Assembly (NCBI GenBank): GCA_030390025.1
Contig: JASTWF010000334.1
Coordinates: 1-64,000 of the forward strand
Length of the DNA: 64,000 nucleotides
Direction: 5' to 3'
Source: Squalus acanthias
Lineage: Eukaryota
The notes beneath the pieces were generated by a model. The model was not told where the DNA came from. It saw nothing but the letters and a program-made list of their open reading frames with translations, and did no database searches. Below, in pieces: positions 49,655 to 62,941 of the stretch (within the stretch, counting starts at the first letter, position 1; every line of letters begins with the position of its first letter). The translations under genes were made by a program, and so were the position numbers.

Positions 49655-50663
49655 ACTGATCTTTATCTGTTGTGCTAACATTAGCTGATTTGCATAAGAT
49701 TTTACTGTGTAACTCGCCTCCTTCTGATGACACATGGTTATCAGTTTGTTTATTTTTCCACTGTACCTAGTGTGATATTTTAAAATTTATTCTCGGGATG
49801 CGAGCATTGCTGGCAAGGCCAGCATTTATTGCCCATTCCTAGTTGCCCTGAGAATGTGGTGGTACAGTTTTTTGATGTGTCTGAGTGTCTTGCTTGGCCA
49901 ACTCTGAGGGCAGTTGAGAGTCAACCACTTTGGTGAGGGCTGGAGTCACATATAGGCCGGACAGGGCAAGCACAGCAGTTTTCTTCCCTTAAGGACATTA
50001 GTCAACCAGTTGGGTTTTTACAACAAATTTCGCTCGCAAATTTAGAAATTGTACTTCCAATTCCTGAGTGAAAATTGTTGATGTAAATGGTGAAAAACTG
50101 TGGTCCCAGCAACAATCCTTGTGGAACCACTTCCCACCTGTCTGAGTAACTACCTTTAACCCCTACTCTCTGTTTTCTATTTTGTAGCCAGCTTGCTCGC
50201 CATTCTGCCTCTTGTCCCCTGACTCCACATGTTCTTACTTTAGTCATGAGTCTACTATACTATTCTTTACAAACAGATTACAATCTCACTGCAGCCAGTA
50301 CATGAAGGAGACCTTCCGCCATGGTGAGAAACGGGGAAATAGATGGAGTTCAGATCTATTACAAAAGGGATTGGATTGTTTTATATAAAAATTCGCAAGT
50401 TTTTCTGCATATTTATCACTTTATTTTTGGGGTCTTCATCTCAATATAATGGTCACCAACTCCTAAATTTTCTCATTGATAATATTCATTAAATCCTAAT
50501 ATTATAACTGCCTTCACTTACAGGCTGATCACTGGGTCAGGAAGCGTGACTGCAGTTTCCATTTCTCAGTGAGCAGTTACAGTGCCACCTTGTGCAATCT
50601 CATATGTAGCTCACAAACAATCCAGTGGTTTCCAGCCCCACCTGTTCTCAGCTGCCAGTCACT

Positions 50664-50795
50664 GATTGGTCAGCAGTAATTTTGACATCATTAATGGTCC
50701 AGCCAATTGTGAAGGTCTCCACAATCTGCTATATATACACATGCAGCAGCACTTGAAACCTCATCACATCAGACAACTGGGAGAGAGAAAGAGAG
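50664..50795 (+). promoter_or_regulatory. Candidate core promoter and non-coding exon 1 of the lectin gene
   Basis: GATTGG (~50664), CCAAT (50703), TATATATA (50730-50737), Inr-like TCATCAC (~50761), donor GAG|GTAGG at 50795/6, and a 77-nt intron to TTTCAG (50872). Confidence 0.6.
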
Positions 50796-50900
50796 GTAGG
50801 AATGGGAGCAGCAAAACCCTCCCTTTACTTGAAACCTTGAAGCTAATGTTGAATCGTTTTGTTGTGTTTCAGGTTCGAGGAAAGGAACTTCACTGCAGAC

Positions 50901-50955
50901 ATGATGCTGGTGACAGTTTTGTTGCTGAGTGCATTACTCATCAGTGATGTGGCAG
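50901..50955 (+). CDS. Secreted C-type lectin, coding exon 1 (signal peptide)
   Basis: MMLVTVLLLSALLISDVA, ending at a phase-1 donor CAG|GTAGG. Confidence 0.85.
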
Positions 50956-51018
50956 GTAGGGCCAAATGATTCTAATAGCTTTCAATATAAATTACTGCAA
51001 CAATAAATAAATATTAGA

Positions 51019-51140
51019 AATGGCAGTACAGGCAGTATATCAGGACTGTAGAATATGGGAATTTTTGGACAGTAAGACAGTCCCAGATTACTACACCTGT
51101 AGGAAATGTCTCTTCCTTGAGACACTCACGCTCAGATCAT
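51019..51140 (+). mobile_element. CR1 ORF1 zinc-finger fragment (intronic)
   Basis: MAVQAVYQDCRIWE..YTCRKCL resembles the ORF1 start at 45222. Confidence 0.6.
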
Positions 51141-51445
51141 TGAGGTGGAAGGGCAGGTGTTGTATCTCCTGTGCTTGCGTGGGAAGGTGCTGTGGGAAGG
51201 GGAGCACGTGTTGGGGGTGATAAAAGAGTGGACCAATGTGTTGTGAGGATACAGATCTTTCAAAATGCTGAAAGGGAAAGGGAGGGAAAGTTGTGTGAGT
51301 TTTTGGCTTTATAATAGATATTGGTTGACAGCCTATCTCCAGAAATGCAGATGGAGAAGCCGGGAAAGGAAGAGTCAGAAATGGACAATGTGAAGACAAA
51401 GGAGGTGTAGAAATTTGAAGCAAAGTTGATGAAAATTTCAAGTTG
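51141..51445 (-). mobile_element. Penelope-like element RT C-terminal/linker fragment (intronic)
   Basis: NFINFASNF..FTLSISDSS..ISGDRLSTNIYYK and TFPRKHRRYNTCP, a degenerate Cys linker of the kind that precedes GIY-YIG. Confidence 0.65.
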
Positions 51446-51449
51446 GAGT

Positions 51450-51735
51450 CATAAATATGAGATAGTCACCAATCAATCCAATAAGGATTTCAGGAGAACC
51501 TTCTTTACCCAGAGAGTGGTGAGAATCTGGAACTTGCTACAATATGGAGTAGTTGAGGTGAACAGCGTAGATGCATTAAGGGGAAGCTAGATAAGCACAT
51601 GAGGGGAAAAGGAATAGAATGATATGCTGATAGGATTAGAGGAAGTAAATAGAGAGGGAGGCGGCTCCTGTGGCATTGGCTAGTTGGGCCAAATGGCCTG
51701 AATCTGTGCTGCAACTTCTATATTATTCTATGGAA
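51450..51735 (+). mobile_element. CR1 3' end fragment (intronic)
   Basis: FFTQRVVRIWNLL followed by the 3' UTR. Confidence 0.8.
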
Positions 51736-51931
51736 ACAAACATGGTGTGTGAGGACAGGTTTGTGCAGGAAGGTGAAAAGCTGTGCCCCCTGTGCAGGCC
51801 CCGCCCCCTGTTCATGCTCCACCCACCATCTGCCCATCAATTTCTAGCCTCACAAATCAGAAACTTTCAAGGTTTGGGGATTGCTGTTGTGATTATTGCA
51901 GCTTGTTTAGTCTAATTCCCTTTAACTGCAG

Positions 51932-52107
51932 GTTTTGATACTCTGAGTAGCACATTGGAGAATGGGCAACTGGAGACAAAGACGGATCAGGATCAGGACC
52001 TTGGAAAACGTGACGTCCTTCAGAGCGGATATTGTTTTGATGGCAGGTTTTATTTTGGTTATTGTTACCAGTTTGTCCCTCAGGAAAAGACTTGGATAGA
52101 AGCTGAG
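51932..52107 (+). CDS. Secreted C-type lectin, coding exon 2 (pro-segment and CTLD start)
   Basis: CTGCAG acceptor in phase 1; GFDTLSSTLENGQLETKTDQDQDLGKRDVLQSGYCFDGRFYFGYCYQFVPQEKTWIEAE; donor GAG|GTAAGT in phase 0. Confidence 0.92.
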
Positions 52108-53494
52108 GTAAGTCCCTGGAGTCTCCATTTTAAGTTATTGGCTTTGTTCCTCAGTGTTTCTAAATATGACCAGACACAGAGAATGAAAGAACCTTCTTTT
52201 TTATATCTGGACAGTTCTGATTGACTCAGTGTGTTCCATTAGTGGGTAACATGGTCTACATTGTATTCTACATTAAACACTGAGGGCACTGAACTGTGAC
52301 AATGAGCCCTACAGACAAGGAGGGTCCCAGGATCATCCATGGACAGTGATGAGGGAGTTACAACTGGTCTGAGTGTCTCTGGATTAGAAAATAGTAAAAT
52401 CAGCGCGACTCCCTGGTCCTGATCACCATCCAGTGAAACCTTCTGCAAAATGCATTGTGTGGAACTTTGGTGGGGACAGGATTGGGCTCCAGATCCTGCT
52501 CTTCAGATCAAAGATGACAAGGTCCATTTAAAGGATCTGCTGTCAGCCCATTGAAAGGGCAGATAGTTGTGAAAAACCTGTATCCGTTCAGCTAAGATTT
52601 CAGACATTTCCAAAAGCTGACAAGATGCATCCAATGTTTGTTAGTTTTACATTGAATGGTCTTCCCAGGTCTCTTTCATTGAATGGGTCTGTAATGTCTC
52701 CCCAGGTCAATTCATTTGCTCCCTTCGTATTGGGCAATGTGCATTTGCATTTAAATATTTAAATTCCCCCATGTGACATTAGCAAGATAAATTGTATACC
52801 TGGGGCTAATTTATTTTGAGCCCTTTTAGACTGTTTAGGACTTCCATGATATTTATTCTACTTGTATTACTGCTTTTGGGAGAGCACGTTGGCCACACAT
52901 TCCCTTTTAAATATTTGAAGGAAGTAATGATCTATATATTACTAAAACCATGTATACAGCTTGCACTTCCTGTCCACACTTTGTATGTCAACATTTATAA
53001 TGTGAAAACTGTTAAAATATAGATAACGAAAAATGAAGGCCACTCACTTAGCTTTCACAGAATAATGGACAAATTCCAGAATGCCATTAAATAAAAATGG
53101 AATTTAATTTATTGGGGCAGAAAGTCAACTCACACCTGTCCATTTTGCACTTAACAAAAGGCGGTAGGAGGACACCTCGATCGCCCCTTTGATGCCCAAA
53201 GCCTGCCCGACGCAATATTCAGCCGGGCCTGAAAATGGGCGAGCAGCCCGCCTGAAACAGGCCTAAACCTACTTAAATATGCAAATTGTGTCCTATGCCG
53301 ATTGTAGGACCCTCATGCAAAATTCAGCTACAATTGGGCAGAGCTTGCATCGTACAGGCTCCACCCAGTTACACCAGGGTATGTGACCTAAAGCTTCGTC
53401 AATGATGTCGGTTTTAAAGAACGGCTTGAAGGAGTAAAGAGAGTCAGAGAGGTTTAGGGAGGAAATTACAGAGCTTGGGCCAAGGCAGCTGAAA

Positions 53495-56400
53495 CATAGA
53501 AACATAGAAACATAGAAGATAGGAGCAGGAGTAGGCCATTCGGCCCCTCGAGCCTGCTCCGCCATTCGATGAGATCATGGCTGATCATCCAAACTCAGTG
53601 CCCTGTACCTGCCTTCTCCCCATATCCCTTGATACCTTTAGCTTTAAGAAATCTATCTAACTCATTCTTGAATATATTTAATGACTTGGCCTCAACTACC
53701 TTCTGTGGTAGAGAATTCCACAGGTTCACCACTCTCTGGGTGAAGAAATTCTTCCTCATTTCTTTCCTAAATGGCTTATCCCTTATCCTTAGATTATGAC
53801 CCCTGGTTCTGGACTCTCCGACCATGGGGAACATTCTTCCTGCATCTAGTTTGTCCAGACCTGTCAGAATTTTATATGTTTCGATGAGATCCCCTCATTC
53901 TTCTTTTCTCCAGCGAGTATAAGCCCAATCGACCTAATCTCTCCTCATATGTCATTCCTGCCATCCCAGGTATCAGCCTTGTGAATCTTCGCTGAACTCC
54001 TTCCTGAAGGCACGGGCACCAATGGTTGAGCACTGAAAATCAGAGTTGTGCAGAAAGCCAGAATTGGGGGAGTGCAGAGATCGCGGACGGTTGCAGGCCT
54101 GGATATAAGAACATAAGAAATAGGAGCAGGAGGAAGCCATTTGGCTCTTCAAGCCTGCTCCAGCATTCAGCAAGATCATGGCGCGATCTTCTACCTCAAC
54201 TCAACTTTCCCACACTGTCACCATATCCCTTGATTCCCTTAATATCCAAAATAAAATCTGTCGCTCTCTGCTTTGAATATACTCAACGACTGAGCATCCA
54301 CAGACCCCTGGGGTAGAGAATTCCAAAGATTCACAACCCTTTGAATGAATAAATTTCTCCTCATCTCAGTCCTAAATGGCCGATCCCTTATTCTGAGACT
54401 GTGACCCCTAGTTCAAGACTTCCCAACTAAGGTAAACATTCTCCCAGTATCCACCCTGTCAAGCCCTGTAAGAATTTTATGTTTCACTGAGATCACCTCT
54501 CATTCTTCTAAATTCTAAGAACTTAGGGGGAGAAATTCGGTTGATTTGCGCCTCCCGTTAGCGCCCTAAGAGGCTGCTGATTGGACGCAAAGCAACTAGC
54601 ACCTGGGCGTGGCGCCGCTAACGCCTCCCGCGAAATTCAGCAGGAGATTAGCGGCGGCAGTAACCGTTAGCACTCCATGGCGCTGCGCCGCCGGCGATGA
54701 CATCATCGCCGTGCGCAGCGACCCGCTTGTGCACCGGCTGCGATCTTCAGTAGCCCCCTGACTTACCGTTGGACGCTATGCCCAATGGGGTCAGGGGGGC
54801 CTACCTGCAGTCAGGGCGGCGCAAATTAAAGGGACGGTGCCATGCGGCCATTTATGTTGCTGGCCGCCTGGCTGCACCTGCCCGCTTTGCCGTCCATGGC
54901 CTGCTGTGAGGTTCCCCCCGCGGAGTGCCGGCTGCGCTCCGTGAGCCCGGCACTTCTCTTGAGTGGCATTCCGATCCCTGGTGGCCAAGCTGGGCCCCGG
55001 GTTGCACTGCGCAAGGTCCCACCCCTTTAATAAGGGGAGGAACGCCTGCAGTACCGCGGCGCGATGTGCCGCCGGGCGTGGTGCTGCGGCACTTAGCGCC
55101 GCGATATTCGCTCGCAGCACCTCAAGAGGGAGGCGGGCCGCTTCCAGTAGTGCCCCGCCTCCCTCTTGGGGCGCTACTGGTGAATTTCGGGCGCGAGAGT
55201 GCTAACTTTTTCGGGGCACTAAAAGTAGTGCCCCAAATGGGGGCGCGATCCAATTTTTCTCCCCTTAATGTTTCATTGAGATCACCTCTCATTCTTCTAA
55301 ATTCTACAGAATATAGGCCTAGTCTCCTCAATCTCTCCTCATAGGACAATCCCTCCCATCACAGGAATCAGTCGTTGTGCTCCCTCTAAGGTAATTCTAT
55401 CCTACCTTGGGTAAGGAGACCAAAACTGTACACAGTACTCCAGGTGTGGTCTTGCCAAGGCCCTATATAATTGCAGTAAGAATTCTTTCCTCTTTACACT
55501 CCAATCGTTTTGAAATAAATGCTAACATATCATTTGCTTTCCTATTTGCTTGCTGTACCTGCATGTTAACCTTCAGTGATTCGTGTACAAGGAAAGCCAG
55601 GTCCTTCTGAATACCAACATTTCCCAATCTCTCACCATTTAATAAATATTCTGCTTTTCTGTTTTTCCTATCGAAGTACAGAACATTTCTTCACATTATA
55701 CTCCATCTGCCATGTTCTTACCCATTCACTTAACCTGTCTTTATCCCTTTGCCAGCTCTTTGCATTCTCCTCCCAACTTACTTTCCCACTTAGCTTTGTC
55801 TCGTCAGTAATCTTGGATACATTACACTCGGTCTCCTCATCTAAGTCATTGATGTAGATTGTAAGTAGCTGAGGACAAAGCACTGATCCTTGGGGTACCC
55901 CTCTAGTTACAGCCTGCCAACCTGAAAATGACCCATTTATTCCTACTCTCTGTTTTCTGTCCATTGACCAATCCTCAATCCATGCTAATATATTACTCCC
56001 ACTCCCATGAGCCCTAATTTTGTGTAATAACCTCTTGTGTGGTACCTTATCGAATACTTTCTGAAAATCCAAATACATTACATCCACTGTTTTCCCCCTT
56101 ATCTAGCCTACTAGTTACAACCTCAAAACTTAATTAGATTTGTCATACACAATTTCCCTTTCAGAAATCCATGTTGACTCTGCCCAATCATATTTTGATT
56201 TAAGTGCCCTGTTACCACATCCCTAATAATAGATTCTAGCATTTTCCCGACTACTGATGTCAGGCTAACTGGCCTATATTTCCCTGTTTTCTCCCTCCCT
56301 CCTTTCTTGAATAGCGGGGTTACATTAGCTACCTTCCAATCCACGGGGACCATTCTAGATTCTAGAATTCTCGAAGATCAAAACCGATGCATGCACTATC

Positions 56401-59400
56401 TCTGTAGCCACCTCTTTTAAAACCCTAGGATGTCGGCCATCAGGTCCAGGGGATTTGTTGGCTTTTAGTCCCATTAATTTCTGCAGTACTATTTCTGTAC
56501 TAATACTAATTTCTTTAAGTTCTTCATTCTCACTAGACCCTTGATTCCACACTATTTCCAGAATGTTTTTTGTGAAGACAAATACAAAGCATTTGGAGGT
56601 GGTTAGAGAGATAGGGGAGGGGCGAGGCCATGGAGGGATTTCAAAACGAGGATGAGAATTTTAACATCGAGGCATTACTGGACCGGTAACCAATGTTGCT
56701 CAGCGCACACAGGGGTGATGTGTGGAACATAGGAACACGAGTAGGCCATTCATCCCTTCGCACCTGTTCGCCATTCAAATAGATCATGGCTGATCTTTAT
56801 CTGAACTCATCTACCTGCCTTGGTTCTATAACACTTAATACCCTTGCCTAATTTTCCATTGACTCCAGCCTCAACAGCTTTTTGGGAGAGAGTGCCAGAT
56901 TTCCACTACCCTTTGTGTGAACAAGTGCTTCCTAACATCACCCCTGAACGGCCTGGCTCTAATTTTAAGGTTATCTCTACCTACCTTATCACCTCCTTTA
57001 ATCATCTTAAGCACCTCAATTAGATCGCACCATAATCTTCTATACTCAGGAAATACAAATAGTCAGAGCAACCTGTCCTCATAATTTAACCCTTTTAGCC
57101 CCGGTATCATTCTGGTGAATCTGCGCTTTTAGCCTTTAGTCTTTTAAATTTGTTTTGTACCTGTCCACTAGCTTTCAGTGATTTCTGTACTTGGCCTCCT
57201 AAATCTCTCTGTTGCTCCTTCATAGTTCCTAGCTTCTCACCATTTAGATAATATTCTGATCTATCTTTCTTCGGACAAAGTGGATGACCTCACACTTCTC
57301 CACACCTAATTCCATCTGCCACAGTTTTGCCCACTCACCTAATCTAACAACATCCCTTTGCAACTTTCTACTTTTATCTACACTATTTACTGTGCCACCT
57401 AACTTAGTGTCATCAGCAAACTTAGATCTACGGCTCTCTATTCCTTCATCTAATTCTTTTATACATATAATACCTGCAGCGGTTCAAGAATACGGCTCAC
57501 CACCACCTTCCCCAGGCCAATTAGGGATCGGCAATAAACACTGGCCTTGCCAGCGATGGTCAATTCCCATGAACAAATAAAAAAGGAAAGTGAAAAGCTG
57601 AGTCCCCAGTACAGATCCCTGGGTGACACAACTGGTCACATCCTGCCAATTTGAGTGCATACCCATTATCCCTAATCTGTGTTCTACCTCAGCAATTCCC
57701 TACTCAAGCCAATAGGCTGCCTCCAATTCCACGTGCTCTAAATTTTGTTAGCAGTCTCTTATGTGGAACTTTATCAAATGCCTTCTGGAAGTTCATATAA
57801 ATAACATCCAGAGATACTTCCTTATCTGCCACGTTCCTTACCGCCTCAAAAAATTCAACTAAGTTCGTTAGACATGATCTGCCCATCGTGCCTGTGCCGG
57901 CCGAAGAAGAGCTCTCCAGCCTAATCCCACTTTCCAGCTCTTGGTCCGTAGCCGTGTAGGTTACGGCACTTCTAGTGCATAGAATGTACTTTTTAAATGT
58001 GATGAGGGTTTCTGCCTCTACCACCCTTTCAGGCAGTGAGTTCCAGAGGCTCACCATCCTCAAGGTGAAAAAGTTCTCAACTCCCCTCTAATCCTTCTAC
58101 CAATTACTTTAAATCTATGCTCCCTGGTTATTGACCTCATTGCTCAGGGAGATATCTCTTTCATATAGGCCCCTCATAATTTTATACACTTCAATTAAGT
58201 CTCCCCTCCACCTCCTCTGTTTCAAAGAGAACAACCCCAGCCTATCCAGTCTCTCCTCATAGCTGAAATTCTCCAGTCCTGGCAACATGTTTGTAAATCT
58301 CCTCTGTACCCTCTCTCGTACAACCACATCCTTCTTGTAATGTGGTGACCCAAATTGTACGCACTACTCTAGCTGTGGCCTAACTAATATTTTATACAGC
58401 TCAAGCATAACTTCCCTGCTCTTGCATTCTATGCCTTGGCTAATAAACGAAAGTATCCCGTATGACTTTTTAACCACCTTATCTACCTGTCCTGCTACCT
58501 TCAGGGATCTATGGACATGCACTCCAAGATCCTTCTGTTCCTCTACACTTCCCAGTATCCTACCATTTATTGTGTATTCCCTTACCTTGTTAGCCCTCCC
58601 CAAATGCATTACCTCACACTTCTCTGGATTGAATTCCATTTTGCCACTTTTCTGCCCATCTGACCAGTCCATTGATATCTTCCTGCAGTCTACAGCTTTC
58701 TTCCTCACTATCAACCATACGCCCAATTTTTGTATCATAGAATCATAGAACGGTTACAGCACAGAAGAAACCATTCGGCCAATCGAGCCTGTGCTCACTC
58801 TCTGCAAGAGCACTTCAGCTAGTCCTACTCCCCCGCCCTTTCCCCGTAGCCATGCAATTTTTTTTCCTTCAGGTACTTATCGAATTCCCTTTTGAATGGC
58901 ATGATTGAATCTGCCTCCACCACCCTTTCAGGCAGTGCATTCCAGATCCTAACCACTTGTTGCGTAAAAAAGTTTTTCCTCATGTCGCCTTTGGTTCTTC
59001 TGCCAATCACCTTAAATCTGTGTCCTCTGGTTCTCAACCCTTCCGCCAATGGGAACAGTTTCTCTCTATCTACTCTGTCTAGACAACACATGATTCTGAA
59101 CACCTCTATCAAATCTCCTCTCAACTTTCTCTGTTCTAAGAACAACCCAAGAAGTGTCATCAGAACACCTCTTAATCATACCCGTACATTGAAATTGAAA
59201 TCATTGATATATACCACATAAAGCAAGGGACCTAGTACTGAGCCCTGCGGAACCCCACTGGAAACAGCCTTCCAGTCACAAAAACACATGTCGACCTTTG
59301 CCCTTTGCTTCCTGCCACTGAACCAATTTTGGATCCAAATTGCCACTTTCCCTTGGATAACATGGGCTTTAACTTTTCTGACCAGTCTGCCATGTGGGAT

Positions 59401-62135
59401 CTTGTCAAAAGCCTTGCTAAAATCCCTGTAGACTACATCAAACGTGCCAACTTCATCGACCCTCCTTGTTACCGCCTCGAAAAATTAGATCAAGTTGTAG
59501 GGCTGGCGGAGGTTAGAGATAGGGAGGGGCGAGGCCATGGAGGGATTTGAAAACAATGAGAATTTTTAAATCGAGGTGTGCTTAAATTGGAGCCAAAGTA
59601 GGTCAGCGAGTACAGGGGTGATGGGTGAACAGGACTTGGTGCAAGTTCAGACACGGGCAGCAGAGTATTGAATGACCTCAAGTTTACAACGTTAGCAGTC
59701 CTCCAGTACCTTGCCTGCAGCCAGAGAGGTTTGGAAAATGATGGTCTCTGCTATTTCTTCCTTTGCTTCTCTTAACAGCCTGCGATACATTTCATCCGGG
59801 CCTGGTGATTTATCGACATTCAAAGATGCTAAACCCCTTAATATTTCCTCTCTCACTATGTTTATCTCATCTAATATTTCACACTCCTCCTCCTTAACTA
59901 TGATGTCTGCATTGCTCCCCCCTCTTTTGTGAAGGCAGCAGCAAAGTATTCATTAAAAACCAAACCCACGTGTTCTGCCTCCATACACAGGTTACCTTTT
60001 TGGTCTCCAATAGGCCCTACTCTTTCCTTAGTTATGCTCTTTATGTATTTATAAAATATCTTTGGGTTTTCCTTGATTTTACTTACCAATATTTTTTCAT
60101 GCTTCTCTTTGCATTCCTAATTTCCTTTTTAATTTCACCCTGCATTTTCTATACTCCTCTAGGCTTTCTGCAGTATTTAGTTCTCGGTATCTGACATCAG
60201 TTTCCCTTTTTTGCCTAATCCTACCCTGTATGCCCCTTGACATCCAGGGGGCTCTAGATATGGGAGTCACACCCTTTTTCTTTGTGGGAACATATTTGCT
60301 CTGAACCCTCACTATCGCCTCCCACTGCTCTGACACTGGTTTACCTTCAAGAAGCTGCTTCCATCCACTTTTGCTAAATCACATCTCAGCTGAGTAAAAT
60401 TGGCCTTTCCCAATCGAGAACTTTAACTTGAGTTATCTTTGTCCCTTTTCCATAACTATGCTAAATCTAACTGAATTATGATCACTACCACCAAAATGCT
60501 CTCCCACTGATGCCCCTTCCACCTGCCCAGCTTCATTCCCTAAAACTAAGTCCGGAACCACCCCCTCTCTTGTTGGGATTGCTACATACTGGCTATAAAA
60601 ACGTTCTCCTGAATGCATTTTAAGAATTCTGCACCCTCTAACGATTACACTGATTCTATCCCAGTTAATATTTGGGCAGTTGAAATCCCCTACTGTTACT
60701 GCCCTATTGTTTTTGCACTTCTCAGAAATGTGCCTACATATTTCCTCTTCTGTCTCCCTCTGACTATTTGGAGGTCTATAGTACACTCCCAGCAGTGTGA
60801 TTGCCCTTTTTGTTCTTCAGTTCAACCCATATGGCCTCATTTGATGATCCTTCAAAGATATTGTCCCTCCTCACAGCTGTAATTGTTTCTTTAACCAATA
60901 TTGCGCTCAGTCCCCACCCCCACCACCTGAACACGCCCCCTGCCCCGCATCCTTTTATATCCCCTTTCTAACTCGTCGGAAAACCCTGTAACCAGGAATG
61001 TTGAGCTACCATTCCTACCCTTCTTTCAGCCATGTTTCAGTAATAGCTGTGATATCATACTTCCACATGTCTATCTGTGCCTTATTCACTAGACTCCTTG
61101 CATTGATGTATATACCATTAAGCACTGCCATATTCCTTTGTTGCCTATTTTCTAACTTTTGTTCCCTCTGCCTTCCAAACTCACTTACCAATTTACTGCC
61201 TTCCATTTCCAGCTTTTGCTTCTCTCCCTTCTGAATCTACACTCAGTTTCCCATCCCCCTGCCAAGCTAGTTTAAACCCTCCCCAACACCATGAGCAAAC
61301 CTCTCCGTGAGGATATTGGTCCCGGCCCTGTTGAGGTGCAACCTGGCTTGTACAGGTCCCACCTCCCCCAGAACTGGTCCTAATGCCTCAGCAATCTAAA
61401 GCCCTCCCTCCTGCACCATTTCTCCAGCCAAGCATTCATCTGCTCTATTCTCCTATTTCTGTACTCACTAGCATGTGACACCGGGAGTAATCTGGAGATT
61501 ACTACCTTTGAGGTCCTGCTTAATAATCTCTTTTCCCAGGTCTCTAAAATCAGCCTGCAGGACTTCATCTCTCTTTCTACCTATGTCATTGGTACCGATA
61601 TGGACTACAAACTCTAGCTGTTCACCCTCCCCCCTCAGAATATCCTGCAGCCGCTCAGTGACATCCTTGACCAAGGAGGCAACATACCATCCTGGAATCA
61701 CGTCTGCGGTGCAGAAACATCTGCCTGTTCCCCTAACTAATGAATCCCTCAACACTATTGCTTTTCTGATTTTCCTCCTCCACCCACCACCCCCACCCCC
61801 AGCTCCCACTGTACTCCCCAGAGGAACCATCACTCTCTCCAGTATTCACCGGTTGGAGACCGAGATGCACTCAGGGGACTCCTGCACTACCTGCCTGGTC
61901 CTCCTTGTCTGTCTGTCCGTCACCCATTAACTCTCTGCCTGCTAACTCTTAAGCTGCAGGGTGACCACCTCCTGAAACGTGTTATCCACATAGCTCTCAG
62001 CCTCACGGACGCACTGCAGTGACACCAGCCGCTGCTCAACCTCTGAAACTCGGAGCTCGAGCTCCTCCAGCTGACGACACTTCCTGCACATGTGGTTGTC
62101 CAGGACACGAGAAGCATCCTGGACTTCCCACATGG
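53495..62135 (-). mobile_element. Stack of nested antisense CR1 copies (with small L2 and LINE-tail pieces) filling the large lectin intron
   Basis: Multiple CR1 3' ends (53500, 54110, 56725, 57880, 58735), RT segments (55400-56590, 57180-57880, 58330-59490) and EN/ORF1 (59700-62135). Confidence 0.9.
54526..55264. mobile_element. GC-rich Harbinger MITE
   Basis: Termini GGGGGAGAAATT / AATTTTTCTCCCC with the canonical TSD TTA. Confidence 0.92.
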
Positions 62136-62606
62136 CACATGATGGCCAGATAAATCTGTCAGTGTGGGCGTGGTCACTTTGCAGTGATGTGGACTGCAAC
62201 ATCTGTATTGACAGCAGCTGTATGGATAAAGATTGGGGAGAAGAGGGGAAACAATGCCAGATAGCCCACAGAACATTCAACCACAATACCAGCCCAGTGT
62301 CAGCTGATGCACAGAAGCTGCTGAAACTTCAATCTGGTGGTTTGAAGCCATTGAACCCCCATGAGATTGTTTCCCAGTAATCAGTGCCAGCGTCCCACTA
62401 TTCACTTAATCCACAGTGAAGTTTGGAGTCAGTCCATATTGGGACGACATGGACTTATAACAGCAGGTTGTATGTTTTATTGTTCACCTTTAGCAAAAGA
62501 ATAGAATGTTTCAACATTAAACATATTACATGGAGCGACAGAACTGAATATAATCAATGTAACAAGGTGAAAAACAACAAATGGTCTGTTTTATTTTTTA
62601 TTAAAG

Positions 62607-62747
62607 CTGCACTGCCGAGCACTGGCTCCAGGCGGCCATCTTGCCTCCATACACTCGCAGGAACAGAACGAGTTCATTCGACGGGTGATTCATGAAAAAG
62701 ACGCATTAGATCCTTATACTTGGCTCGGTTTGAATGACATCTACAAG
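62607..62747 (+). CDS. Secreted C-type lectin, coding exon 3
   Basis: Acceptor TTTTTTATTAAAG; LHCRALAPGGHLASIHSQEQNEFIRRVIHEKDALDPYTWLGLNDIYK (HLASI and WLGL motifs); donor AAG|GTAATG; phase 0-0. Confidence 0.95.
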
Positions 62748-62832
62748 GTAATGTTGTCTGAGAGGTTATATCATAAATTGTTTATTGTAACAGAAATATA
62801 CATGTTTAAATTATGATTTTATATTTCCACAG

Positions 62833-62941
62833 GAGGGGGCTTTCCTTTGGACTGATGGATCGGCAACAGATTTTACAAACTGGGGTGCGGGTCAACCCGA
62901 TAATTATCACGGAAAAGAGAACTGTCTGCATTTAAATTACC
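62833..62941 (+). CDS. Secreted C-type lectin, coding exon 4 (QPD sugar-binding loop); the terminal WND-C exon is not in the window
   Basis: TTTCCACAG acceptor; EGAFLWTDGSATDFTNWGAGQPDNYHGKENCLHLNY; phase-1 donor C|GTAAGT. Confidence 0.95.
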
